From: Spirochaetota bacterium
GTDB taxonomy: Bacteria > Spirochaetota > UBA4802 > UBA5550
Assembly: GCA_963664815.2 (NCBI GenBank)
Contig: CAXXHB010000002.1
Coordinates: 704,001 to 768,000, forward strand
Direction of reading: 5' to 3'
Length of the DNA: 64,000 nucleotides
The number at the start of each line of letters is the position of its first letter. The stretch's first letter is position 1. Positions 49,450-59,218 of the stretch are shown here, one piece after another. The notes beneath the pieces are model-generated. The model was not told the DNA's origin. It was given only the letters and a program-made list of their open reading frames with translations, and searched no databases. A program made the translations under genes and the position numbers.

Positions 49450-51105
49450 ATGGAAAAAAGAACATTACTGGCAGTTCTACTTACCATGGTTGTCTGGATT
49501 GGATGGTTCTGGTTTTTCGAACCGAAACAACCGGTACAGATAAATCAGAACCCGATAGTTCATGATATCAATACCGTAAAACCGGTACAGACTGATAGCA
49601 ATACTGTTAAGCCTTCTGTCTCCAATAATGAAATAACCACTGCTAAAAAACAGGTAAAGGAAGAAACAGTTAGTTTAAAAACAGATAAATTTAATTTTGA
49701 GCTTACTAACAAAGGAGCTTCGATATCAAAAGCAAATTATACCCAGAGAAATATTGACCTTACGCTTAATGAAAAGCTCTTTGGATCTTCGGGAAACCTC
49801 GATTTTTCAGTACACTTTTCAGAGAACGATTTTTTTAACGGAAATACGCTGAATTCTGACTTGTGGAATGTGATAAAAGTCGACGAAAAGACAGTTAAAT
49901 TTTTTACAGATATCATTGTTGAAGGAAATCCTCTGAGGCTGGAAAAGATTTTTAAATTTACCGACAAGGGTTATGATTTTAACATTGAATACAAGTTTGT
50001 TAATACAGGGAAGAATCCTGTTAAATTCAGAGACGGAAAAGCGATTTTTTCCTCTTCGGATACTCTTGGCCCTAAACTTAATTATACTAACAGGTATAAT
50101 CATATGGTGGGTATTTACTCTGCTGATGACAGTTATACTCAGAACATGAAAGGAGGAGGTTTTTTTTCCAAAGCGGGTGATTTAAAGAAAAAAAGTGGAA
50201 AGATCGATTATACCGGTATTATGAGCAGATATTTTCTTCTAATAATGATTCCCGAACAGTTCAGTGGTACTGAAATGATTTTTGACAACAGAGAGAATAC
50301 CGGTTCACGTACTGGTATGTATGTTGATATGAGTGAGATTCTTCCTGGCAAGGAGCAGTCCAGGTCTTTTAAAATTTATCTTGGCGAAAAGGATAAAGCA
50401 ATGCTCAGGAGTGTAGACCCGAGAATTGTAAAGGCATCTGACGTAAGTACAATTATCGAACCTATCAGGTATTTTGTAGTATGGTGTTTGACATGGATTA
50501 ATAAACTGTTTGGGAATATGGGATGGTCACTGGTAGTCTTTTCCGTTCTTACTAAGATTGTATTTATGCCTTTGACAAAAAAATCTACCGATTCAATGAA
50601 GAAGATGCAGGAGTTAACACCACAGATTAATAAAATTAAGGAAAAGTACAAAGATAAGCCTGATGTTCTTCAGAAAGAGACAATGAAGCTTTACAAGGAT
50701 AATAAAGTTAATCCTTTGGGAGGATGTCTGCCATTGCTTCTGCAAATGCCATTTTTCTTCGGTCTTTACAGTGCTTTGATTAATTCAATAGATCTCTGGA
50801 ATGTTCCGTTTATGTTATGGATTAAAGATTTATCAATGCCTGATACTGTTTTTGCAATTTCAGGATTTAACATAAATATACTCCCTCTGCTGATGACTGT
50901 TTCAACAATTATTCAACAGAAGCAGACAATGGTTGATACTGGAAACCAGCAGCAGAAAATAATGATGTATATGATGCCTTTTATTCTGCTTTTCGTGTTC
51001 TGGACTATGCCTTCAGGACTTGTTCTATACTGGTTCCTGCAGAATCTATACCAGATTGTAAATCAGGCAGTTGTTAATCAGATAGGCAAGAAAGCTAAAG
51101 CTTAG
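49450..51105 (+). CDS. yidC: Membrane protein insertase YidC
   Basis: N-terminal TM, periplasmic domain, SMKKMQELTP, NPLGGCLPLLLQMP, WIKDLSMPD, PSGLVLYW. Confidence 0.97.
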   Translation: MEKRTLLAVLLTMVVWIGWFWFFEPKQPVQINQNPIVHDINTVKPVQTDSNTVKPSVSNNEITTAKKQVKEETVSLKTDKFNFELTNKGASISKANYTQRNIDLTLNEKLFGSSGNLDFSVHFSENDFFNGNTLNSDLWNVIKVDEKTVKFFTDIIVEGNPLRLEKIFKFTDKGYDFNIEYKFVNTGKNPVKFRDGKAIFSSSDTLGPKLNYTNRYNHMVGIYSADDSYTQNMKGGGFFSKAGDLKKKSGKIDYTGIMSRYFLLIMIPEQFSGTEMIFDNRENTGSRTGMYVDMSEILPGKEQSRSFKIYLGEKDKAMLRSVDPRIVKASDVSTIIEPIRYFVVWCLTWINKLFGNMGWSLVVFSVLTKIVFMPLTKKSTDSMKKMQELTPQINKIKEKYKDKPDVLQKETMKLYKDNKVNPLGGCLPLLLQMPFFFGLYSALINSIDLWNVPFMLWIKDLSMPDTVFAISGFNINILPLLMTVSTIIQQKQTMVDTGNQQQKIMMYMMPFILLFVFWTMPSGLVLYWFLQNLYQIVNQAVVNQIGKKAKA

Positions 51106-51248
51106 ATAGTAATGATACATGAATCAACTGGAAGGAAACTCTCCCATTGCTCCGGGCATTGGGAGGATATAACAAACCCTGTTTCTTAATTTATCTTGTA
51201 TGTGGATTGTGGAAATATATTATATCATAAAGTCGGGAGGCTTGCTAA

Positions 51249-51893
51249 ATGAAAGTTATTGAAGTAGAAGGACGAACTCCGGATGACGCGACTAAAAAAG
51301 CCATGGCAGAGCTTGGTATCAGGGATACCTCCAAAGTTACAGTTGAAGTTATTGACGCGGGGAAGAGCGGGATTTTTGGATTTGGAGTATCAAGGCCTGC
51401 AAAAGTCAGAATTTATTATAATGAAAGTACCGAAAATGTCGGAGATAAGGTTAAAGAGTACCTGATGGCTCTTTTCTCAAGAATGGATATTGAAGGTGGA
51501 GTTAAAGATATTAAGGAGAGTGAAACCAAGGTCTATGTTGAACTTGAGAGCAAGGCCAGCTCCGGGTTGCTGATAGGTAAAAAGGGGAAAACACTTGAAG
51601 CGCTTCAGTTTATGATTAATCTGATGATCAATAACAGCACTGGGAGTGAGAAAAAAATTATTCTTGATATTGAATCCTACAGGGATAAAAGAGAGAAAGC
51701 TCTGAAAAAAATGTCAAGAGACATAGCATTTAAGGTAATCAAAACCGGAAGGCCAATGATTCTTGAACCGATGAATCCATTTGAGAGAAGGCTTATACAC
51801 CTGACCCTGCAGAATGATAAAAGGGTTACAACCAAGAGTGAAGGGCAGGGAATTTACAGAAAAATAAAGATTTCCCCTGCAAATAAAAAATAA
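51249..51893 (+). CDS. jag: RNA-binding protein Jag/EloR (KhpB)
   Basis: Jag_N (GIFGFG), KH (LIGKKGKTLEALQ), R3H (LEPMNPFERRLIH). Confidence 0.95.
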   Translation: MKVIEVEGRTPDDATKKAMAELGIRDTSKVTVEVIDAGKSGIFGFGVSRPAKVRIYYNESTENVGDKVKEYLMALFSRMDIEGGVKDIKESETKVYVELESKASSGLLIGKKGKTLEALQFMINLMINNSTGSEKKIILDIESYRDKREKALKKMSRDIAFKVIKTGRPMILEPMNPFERRLIHLTLQNDKRVTTKSEGQGIYRKIKISPANKK

Positions 51894-51894
51894 A

Positions 51895-53250
51895 ATGCTG
51901 GAAGATACAATCTGCGCACCGGCCAGTGCGCCGGTTAATTCATCCCTTGCAATAATAAGAATAAGCGGTCCTGATTCATATAGGGCCGCTTGCTCTTTCT
52001 TCTTGTCTCCTGAAAAAATAAAACACAGGTATGCAGCATACGGATCGATTACTGATGGCAGTATTATTCTTGATGATGTAATTCTTGTATACTATAAAGC
52101 TCCATCAAGCTTTACCGGAGAAGACATGGTGGAGATATTCTGCCATGGGAATCATCTTGTTGTAAGAAACATTATTCGCATGCTCTACAGGTTTAACATC
52201 AGAATAGCGGAACCTGGCGAGTTTTCCAAAAGGGCTTTCCTGAATGGGAAGATGGACCTTACGGAAGCCGAGGCTATTAATACACTCATTAATGCAAGAA
52301 GTGATTGGGAGATCAGTATTTCCATCAGTCAGATGCATGGATCGCTTAAAAGAGTTGTAGATAAACTGCGTGATGATGTTATTCTTCTGAAAGCGGACAT
52401 TGAAGCAGGAATAGATTTTTATGACCAGGATATAGAATTTGTTTCAAGCTCAGCAAGCCTTATGACAGTAAAAGAGATTTTTAATACACTTGTTGATTTG
52501 AAGGGAAGATGTTCAATCGGAAACAGAACCGCGAGAGGAATTGATGTCACTCTTGCCGGGCGACCGAATGTAGGCAAGTCGAGCCTTCTTAATCTTATAC
52601 TTAATGAAGAGCGTGCAATTGTTTCCGAAATTCCAGGTACGACAAGGGATCTTATAAAAGAGAGTGTTCAGATCGGTGGCGTCAGAATTAATTTAACCGA
52701 TACTGCGGGGCTTGGAATACCGGGAGATGATATTGAAAGAATGGGGATTGAACTTTCCAGAAAAAATATAGGAACGGCTTCTCTTATACTCATGATAGTG
52801 GATGCTGTATCAGGCTTAACAGATGCTGATAAAGAAATTATTTCTTCATTACGCGGTAAGAAGGTAATATATGTTCTCAACAAGATTGATATTGCCGGTT
52901 GTGAAAAAATAGGGAGAATATCTGCTGAAACCGGAATACCTTTCATTCCTGTTTCTGCAAAGGTTGGGACTGGATATAAAGAACTGGAAAGTGAAATCAT
53001 ATCAGTAATCAGCGGTGAATTTGTGGATTTCAGTAATTCATTTCTTGCCGATGAAAGAATTCTTTCCCTCATAGACTCTTCAACAGACATTGCAGAAAGA
53101 ACATCCCGTCTTCTTGAAAGAAATGAGCCGTCAGAAATAATAGCATTTGAGCTTGTTGAACTTATTCAGAACCTTTCTGATATTACCGGTGAAATCACGA
53201 CAGAGGATATACTGGGGTCAATATTCAGCAGGTTTTGTATTGGGAAGTAG
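51895..53250 (+). CDS. mnmE: tRNA modification GTPase MnmE
   Basis: SFTGEDMVE, RAFLNGKMDL, GRPNVGKSS, GTTRD, DTAG, NKID, FSRFCIGK. Confidence 0.97.
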   Translation: MLEDTICAPASAPVNSSLAIIRISGPDSYRAACSFFLSPEKIKHRYAAYGSITDGSIILDDVILVYYKAPSSFTGEDMVEIFCHGNHLVVRNIIRMLYRFNIRIAEPGEFSKRAFLNGKMDLTEAEAINTLINARSDWEISISISQMHGSLKRVVDKLRDDVILLKADIEAGIDFYDQDIEFVSSSASLMTVKEIFNTLVDLKGRCSIGNRTARGIDVTLAGRPNVGKSSLLNLILNEERAIVSEIPGTTRDLIKESVQIGGVRINLTDTAGLGIPGDDIERMGIELSRKNIGTASLILMIVDAVSGLTDADKEIISSLRGKKVIYVLNKIDIAGCEKIGRISAETGIPFIPVSAKVGTGYKELESEIISVISGEFVDFSNSFLADERILSLIDSSTDIAERTSRLLERNEPSEIIAFELVELIQNLSDITGEITTEDILGSIFSRFCIGK

Positions 53251-53259
53251 GTTCGGCGG

Positions 53260-54060
53260 TTATTCTTTCCTTATGAAAATGCCTTTAATTATATCAAAAC
53301 TTTCTGCATTATATGCAATGGCATAATCTTTCAGAGCAAACCCATTTTCAATTATTGCCTTATAATCAAGATCATGACCGTTCAGGTATTTCAGTTTTAC
53401 ACCAGCATTCAGCAGTATTGGAATAGCTCCGGCCCAGTCCCACAGATATGATTTCCCTATGAAAGCCAGAAGCCTGTTGCGCCTGTTGTCTGCAGTGAGG
53501 CATGCGTGAAGAGCCGTTGATCCGAGGTTGCGTACTTTACCTGGAAAGTCTATCTTAACATCATGAATTTCGGAGGAGTAAAAAATGTTGGTTTCATTTT
53601 CAATGATAACAGATGGATCTGATACGAGTTTTTTACCGTTAAGGAACGAATCATTTCCATTATTGTAGAAGAGAAGATTTGATCCAGGGGAATAAACAAA
53701 TCCATAAACAGGTTTATATCCTTTGAAAATACCTACAGAAACACACCATATCGGGAGACGCATACTGAAGACAGCTGTTCCGTCTATAGGATCAATTATT
53801 ACAGATATTGTTTCTTCCGTAAAACTTAAATTAAAATTTGTCTTCTCTTCAGAGATGATCTGGAAATTCTTAAATTTTTCTGATATCTTTTCAGTAAGAT
53901 AATTCTGAACCCATAAATCCACTTGTGTAACTATTGAACTGTCCTCTTTTCTCTGAATTTCCAGGATGCCTCTCTGCATCTGAAGAGCGGTTGCACCGGC
54001 GCTATTTATTATTTCCAGGAAATATCTGAGGTCGTTTTGTGAAAGAAAGGTTTCGTTCAT
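53260..54060 (-). CDS. Inositol monophosphatase family protein
   Basis: SIVTQVD, ISEE, IIDPIDGT, GS, WDWAGA. Confidence 0.88.
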   Translation of the reverse strand: MNETFLSQNDLRYFLEIINSAGATALQMQRGILEIQRKEDSSIVTQVDLWVQNYLTEKISEKFKNFQIISEEKTNFNLSFTEETISVIIDPIDGTAVFSMRLPIWCVSVGIFKGYKPVYGFVYSPGSNLLFYNNGNDSFLNGKKLVSDPSVIIENETNIFYSSEIHDVKIDFPGKVRNLGSTALHACLTADNRRNRLLAFIGKSYLWDWAGAIPILLNAGVKLKYLNGHDLDYKAIIENGFALKDYAIAYNAESFDIIKGIFIRKE

Positions 54061-54078
54061 AACATCCGTTTGCCGGCT

Positions 54079-54822
54079 TTATTCACCCAGGTATGCAGCT
54101 TTAACTTTTGGATTAATAAGGAGATTGCTGCTGAGATCTTCAAGTACTATATTTCCGGTTTCCATTACATAACCTTTGTTGGAAATGCTTAGAGCCATTT
54201 TTGCATTCTGCTCAACAAGAAAGATCGTCACTTTGTCTTCCCTGCTTATACGGGATATTGTTGCGAAAATATTCTGAATTATTATAGGGGCAAGACCGAG
54301 TGCTGGTTCATCCAGAAGCAGAAGTTTTGGTGAACTCATAAGTGCCCTGGCTATGGCGAGCATCTGCTGCTCCCCTCCAGAGAGAGAGCCGGCCAGCTGT
54401 TTTCTTCTGTCATGCAGTATTTCGAACATCGAATATTTTTCATCTATGCGGCGTTTCTTTTCAGCCTTATCATTTAAAAGGAACGCGCCCATTTCAAGAT
54501 TTTCAAGAACTGTCATCTCCGGGAACACTCCCCGCCCCTCCGGTACCATTGAGATTCCTGATGCTATGATTTTATCTGTGGAAAGGTTATGTTTTGAATT
54601 TTTCGCGGATTCTCTTATGGGAGTTCCATTGAGTATAATATTTCCATGATTCAATGGTTCGAGTCCGACAATTGATTTGAGTAGAGTTGATTTGCCCGCA
54701 CCGTTTGCTCCGATAAGGGATACGATCTCCCCTTCATCAACGCTTATGTTAATTCCTTTTAATGCTTCTATATTCCCGTAGCTTACGCGGACATCTTTAA
54801 GTTCAAGTATTTTTTTACTCAT
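54079..54822 (-). CDS. livF: Branched-chain amino acid ABC transporter ATP-binding protein
   Basis: GANGAGKST, VPEGR, LSGGEQQMLA, VEQNA, AYLG. Confidence 0.93.
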   Translation of the reverse strand: MSKKILELKDVRVSYGNIEALKGINISVDEGEIVSLIGANGAGKSTLLKSIVGLEPLNHGNIILNGTPIRESAKNSKHNLSTDKIIASGISMVPEGRGVFPEMTVLENLEMGAFLLNDKAEKKRRIDEKYSMFEILHDRRKQLAGSLSGGEQQMLAIARALMSSPKLLLLDEPALGLAPIIIQNIFATISRISREDKVTIFLVEQNAKMALSISNKGYVMETGNIVLEDLSSNLLINPKVKAAYLGE

Positions 54823-55597
54823 CAGTTTTTCCTAAGTATGCTTCTATTACTTCTTTGTTATTCTGAACCTGCGCAGGTGTTCCCTCTGCTATTTTTTTTC
54901 CGTAGTTTAAGACTACGATTTTATCACAGATATTCATAACCAGTTTCATGTCATGTTCAATCAGCACAATTGTAATACCAAGATCGCGAATCTTTTTAAT
55001 CGTTATCATCAGGCTATCTGTTTCCTGAGGATTCATGCCGGCGGCAGGTTCATCGAGGAAAAGTATTTCCGGTTCAGTGGCAAGCGCTCTGGCAATTTCT
55101 AGCTCTCTCTGTTTTCCGTAAGGGAGATTTTTTGCATACTCATCACGCATTTCCAGCAGATTGAAAAATCCCAACCATTTAAGGGAGTTCTCGTAAATAT
55201 CCTTTTCCTCTTTTTTTACATAAATTCTTCCAAGGAGAAAGTTGACAAATTTATTTTTTACAATTCTCGGATGATTTCCCCTGAAATGCCTCCCTATCAT
55301 TACATTTTCAAATACAGTCATCTCTTTGAAGAGACGTATATTCTGGAAAGTTCTGGCTATTCCGCTTCTTGTTATTTTGTAAGCGGGGAGTTCAGTAATA
55401 TCCTCACCCTTAAAAAAGACATGCCCGCTTGTCGGGAAATCAAGACCGGTAATTGTGTTGAAAAGAGTAGTTTTCCCTGCTCCGTTGGGACCGATCAATC
55501 CCGTTATTGAGTCTTTATATATCTCAATATCAACATCGGCAACCGCTATAACCCCGCCGAACTCTCTCCTTAAATTTTGTGTGTATAGTAGAGGCAC
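54815..55597 (-). CDS. livG: Branched-chain amino acid ABC transporter ATP-binding protein
   Basis: GPNGAGKTT, ARTFQNIRLF, LPYG, DEPAAG, IEHDM. Confidence 0.93.
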   Translation of the reverse strand: MPLLYTQNLRREFGGVIAVADVDIEIYKDSITGLIGPNGAGKTTLFNTITGLDFPTSGHVFFKGEDITELPAYKITRSGIARTFQNIRLFKEMTVFENVMIGRHFRGNHPRIVKNKFVNFLLGRIYVKKEEKDIYENSLKWLGFFNLLEMRDEYAKNLPYGKQRELEIARALATEPEILFLDEPAAGMNPQETDSLMITIKKIRDLGITIVLIEHDMKLVMNICDKIVVLNYGKKIAEGTPAQVQNNKEVIEAYLGKTDE

Positions 55598-55598
55598 T

Positions 55599-56519
55599 TT
55601 ACTTCTCCAGATTTAATATTTCTTCTTTAACAATTTTAGCGTAGTTGAGTTTTATCCTCCCGATTATTCCCTGCGGTCTGTATATCATCATGAACACAAG
55701 GATAAATCCGAAGAGAATCTGGTTGAGCTGCGGTGGTATAATATGGGAAATTCCGAGAAGCCTCGGAAGTTCGGATGCAATTACAATTATAATTGTACCG
55801 ATTACAGTGGCTAAACTGTTTCCCAGACCACCAAGCACCGCCATGCATAGAATCATTATTGACATCATGAAATCAAATGTCAGTGGTGCAACAGATTGGT
55901 TAAAAGCAGCAAAGAAACTACCCGCTATGCCACCGAGGAACGCGCCGGTTGTGAATGCTCCGATTTTATATTTTGCGGTATTTATACCCATAGAGGAAGC
56001 TGCGATTTCATCTTCCCTTATTGCTTCAAGGGCTCTTCCAACCCGGGATCGGACAATACGTCTTATAAAATAAAATGTAATTGCCACACTGCTCCAGATA
56101 ATAATCATCCACTCAACTTTATCCATGGATGAGAGAGTTATTCCGAATATTGATGAATCGGGTATTCCGTTAATTCCCATGGGCCCTTTTGTGACGCTGT
56201 CCCAGTTGATTATAATGTTTTTTACAATCTCCCCGAAGCCGAGTGTCGCAATAGCCAGATAGTCCCCTTTAAGTCTGAGAGTAGGTATACCGATAATAAT
56301 ACCGAAGAGTGATGCAATAAAACCTGAAATAAGCACCGATTCCCAGAAGCCGATGTGGCAGGTTGTCATCAGCACGGCTGTAGTGTAGGCGCCGATTGCC
56401 AGAAACCCTGCCTGGCAGAGTGAGAGAAGCCCTGTATAACCTACAATAAGATTGAGTCCAAGAGACGCTATGGCATAGATCCCTATATAAATAAAGATAA
56501 GTAATATAAAGTTGAGCAT
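55599..56519 (-). CDS. livM: Branched-chain amino acid ABC transporter permease
   Basis: GLNLIVGYTGLLSL, LRLKGDYLAIATLGF, AIREDEIAA, RPQG. Confidence 0.93.
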   Translation of the reverse strand: MLNFILLIFIYIGIYAIASLGLNLIVGYTGLLSLCQAGFLAIGAYTTAVLMTTCHIGFWESVLISGFIASLFGIIIGIPTLRLKGDYLAIATLGFGEIVKNIIINWDSVTKGPMGINGIPDSSIFGITLSSMDKVEWMIIIWSSVAITFYFIRRIVRSRVGRALEAIREDEIAASSMGINTAKYKIGAFTTGAFLGGIAGSFFAAFNQSVAPLTFDFMMSIMILCMAVLGGLGNSLATVIGTIIIVIASELPRLLGISHIIPPQLNQILFGFILVFMMIYRPQGIIGRIKLNYAKIVKEEILNLEK

Positions 56520-56521
56520 CT

Positions 56522-57454
56522 CTATACCTTTTCCCTTATATTCTTGATTAAAATTCCGCTTGGTTTGAGGAGGAGAATAAGAATCAGAACTGAAAATGCG
56601 ATAGTGTCTTTCAATCCCTGCGGTATGCCGAGAATAACAACCCCAAAAGTTTCAAGAAGCCCTAATATTATACCACCGAGCATTGCACCGCTGATATTGC
56701 CTATCCCTCCGACAACAGCGGCGATGAATGCTTTCAGGCCTGCCATCGTTCCCATGGTTGGATAAACCTTGAATTCAAGAGCCATAAGAACACCGGCAAC
56801 AGCCGCTAGAGCCGAACCTATGGCGAATGTCAGTGATATTATAAGGTTTACATTTATACCCATCAGGGCAGCAACCGGCTGGTTTTGGCTGGTTGCTCTC
56901 ATGGCTTTTCCAAGCTTTGACCTGTCAACAAATAGCTTTAATCCCGTCATCATTATAAGGCCAACGGCAAGTATCATAAGCTGGTTTGGAGTAACACTGG
57001 ATTCTCCGATCTGTATTGATGTGTTGTCGAAAGGATATTCAAATCTTTTGGATTTTGTTCCGAAGAAGAGGGCAGCAGCATTTGTAAGAATAATTGATAC
57101 CCCGATAGCACTTAAAAGTGGTGCAAGCCGCGGAGCTTTACGCAGCGGTTTGTATGCGATTTTTTCAATCGCAACTCCCAGGAATGCACTGGAAATCATT
57201 GAAATAAGCAGAGCGGCAATAAAGATACTTATAGTATATGTTGATCCCTTTGATGGATCGTACAGGAAAAAATAAAAATAATACCCGGCATAGGTTCCGG
57301 CCATGAGAATTTCACCGTGAGCAAAGTTAATAAATTTAAGTATTCCATATACCATTGTGTAACCAAGGGCAATAAGTGAGTATATTGCACCAAGGGTTAA
57401 TCCGTTTATCAGGTGCTGAAGCAACTCATTCGATGGTATGTTAAAAAGATTCAT
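56522..57454 (-). CDS. livH: Branched-chain amino acid ABC transporter permease
   Basis: ALGYTMVYG, INFAHGE, GKAMRA, KAFIAAVVGGIG; start MNLFN has an AAGGA SD. Confidence 0.93.
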   Translation of the reverse strand: MNLFNIPSNELLQHLINGLTLGAIYSLIALGYTMVYGILKFINFAHGEILMAGTYAGYYFYFFLYDPSKGSTYTISIFIAALLISMISSAFLGVAIEKIAYKPLRKAPRLAPLLSAIGVSIILTNAAALFFGTKSKRFEYPFDNTSIQIGESSVTPNQLMILAVGLIMMTGLKLFVDRSKLGKAMRATSQNQPVAALMGINVNLIISLTFAIGSALAAVAGVLMALEFKVYPTMGTMAGLKAFIAAVVGGIGNISGAMLGGIILGLLETFGVVILGIPQGLKDTIAFSVLILILLLKPSGILIKNIREKV

Positions 57455-57480
57455 TCTTTTATATCCTTTAAATCTATGCA

Positions 57481-57514
57481 TAAGAGAGGCCGCAGTTTTG
57501 AGCGGCCTCTCTTA
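57481..57514 (-). other. 13-bp hairpin between livK and livH (probable mRNA stabiliser or partial terminator)
   Basis: TAAGAGAGGCCGC-AGTTTTGA-GCGGCCTCTCTTA; no U tract on the coding strand. Confidence 0.7.
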
Positions 57515-57522
57515 AAAGAAAA

Positions 57523-58710
57523 TTATTTTATTTCAACGAGCTTTTCGCCGTCAAGTTTAAACATTTTAAGCTGTTTGAATTTTTTATTTTCTACAGTATA
57601 GATACCTATATTGGCAACCAGGTCTCCATTTTCAGTAAAAGTAATTTTTCCGGATGCTCCGTTATAATCCTTTGTTTTTGCGACCAAATCTCTTACTTTA
57701 TCTCTATCGACTTTGAGGTCTCCACCCATGCTTTTACCGGATGTAACTTTAATTGCATTGAGGATGATTTTAGCTCCATCATAAGCATTAAGGCTGAATG
57801 CATCAGGTTTTTCACCCCATTTTGCCTGATACTTTGCTTCGAAATCCTTTTTTATCTGACTAGCGGGCTGCTCTGCTGCCTGTGTATAAATTACACCATT
57901 AGCAAGATCTTTGGCAAGTTCAAGAATCTGAGGGTTGGAAAATCCGTCAGCGCTGTAGAATTTAGTTTTTAAACCAAGCTGTTTCGCCTGTTCGAGAATC
58001 TGTGCAATTTCAGCAACATAGTTCGGGATATAAAGGGCTTCCGGATTAGTTCCTTTAATTTTTGTCAATTGTGTTTTGAAGTCTTTATCGCCCTGTAGAG
58101 CAGTTTCAACCGAAACAACTTTACCCCCTTCTTTTTCATACTGGTCTTTAAAGCCCATTGCAAGACCCTGGCTGTAATCGTTTTTAACATAAAGGATAGC
58201 GCAGGTTTTTACATTTTCATTTTTCGCAAGGTATTTCCCGAAAACTATCGCCTGAAGTCCATCACTAATAACATCTCTGAAGATAAATTTACCTTTATCA
58301 GGAAAGTCTTTATGAGTTGTTGATGGAGAGATCATAACGATTTTTGCAGCTTCTGCTTTTGGAGCTACAGCAAGGGACACTGAACTGAAAACAGCTCCGA
58401 CCAATCCAATAACTTTGTCAACGCCTGCAAGCTTTTCAATGGCAGGACTACCCTTTTCAACTTTTCCTTCATCATCTTCAACGATAAGCTCAGCTTTAAA
58501 ACCATCTGCTCCGCCTGCCGCATTAAATTCTTCAACAGCAATTTTAACAGACTGGCTCATAAGCTTGCCGTAATTGCCTGCATCACCGGTCATCGGTCCC
58601 ATAAAACCGATTTTGATGGTCTGTCCTGACTTAATTACATCAGAATCTTTTCCGCATGCAATAAATGAAAGAAGCATGAGAGAAAAGAGAACAGCGAGAA
58701 ACTTTTTCAT
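57523..58710 (-). CDS. livK: Branched-chain amino acid ABC transporter substrate-binding lipoprotein
   Basis: Lipobox FIAC; IKIGFMGPMTG, EDDEG, ISPS, FR, NDYSQG, DFKTQLTKI, AYD. Confidence 0.92.
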   Translation of the reverse strand: MKKFLAVLFSLMLLSFIACGKDSDVIKSGQTIKIGFMGPMTGDAGNYGKLMSQSVKIAVEEFNAAGGADGFKAELIVEDDEGKVEKGSPAIEKLAGVDKVIGLVGAVFSSVSLAVAPKAEAAKIVMISPSTTHKDFPDKGKFIFRDVISDGLQAIVFGKYLAKNENVKTCAILYVKNDYSQGLAMGFKDQYEKEGGKVVSVETALQGDKDFKTQLTKIKGTNPEALYIPNYVAEIAQILEQAKQLGLKTKFYSADGFSNPQILELAKDLANGVIYTQAAEQPASQIKKDFEAKYQAKWGEKPDAFSLNAYDGAKIILNAIKVTSGKSMGGDLKVDRDKVRDLVAKTKDYNGASGKITFTENGDLVANIGIYTVENKKFKQLKMFKLDGEKLVEIK

Positions 58711-59218
58711 AATAAACGCTCCTTCTTAAAATTAATTGGTTATATTATTAGGCGCGAACGCCTGAAATATACAGAGGTTGAACGCTCCCGGAGAGACTTT
58801 TAATAATGAGTCCCTCTTATTATCCGTAAAATCAAGATACAATGACTATAATAATTTTTCAAGTCAACAATTCCAGTACTTTTCCTGAATTTGCTTTTCA
58901 GTTTGTTAAAATAATTCAGATAATATGCCTCTCTGCTCAGTCATGTCGCAGTTGAAATTATAATTACTGTATCATTTGCATTGTTATCTGATATCATTTT
59001 GGCTTTTATAAGAATATGTCAATTATATAATCTGATGACAGCACACATTTTGCATGATTCTTTAATAAGAATCTGAAGATGAGAGAGAACATTCTTGCAG
59101 GATAAGGACTTCTGTCTTGCATAATTTGAACATGATTCAGATTTGTCCAGACAGAGAAGTTATTTCTATAACGATAATAATTATTGACACTTTTTAGTTC
59201 AGGTTATGGTTTTTAATT

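Noticed and set aside
58760-58825. SAM-I or glycine riboswitch suggested by AAGAGGGACT / GGAGAGAC
   Set aside because: The remaining conserved cores (GCAACC and GGTGC; CCGAAG and CTCAGG) are missing
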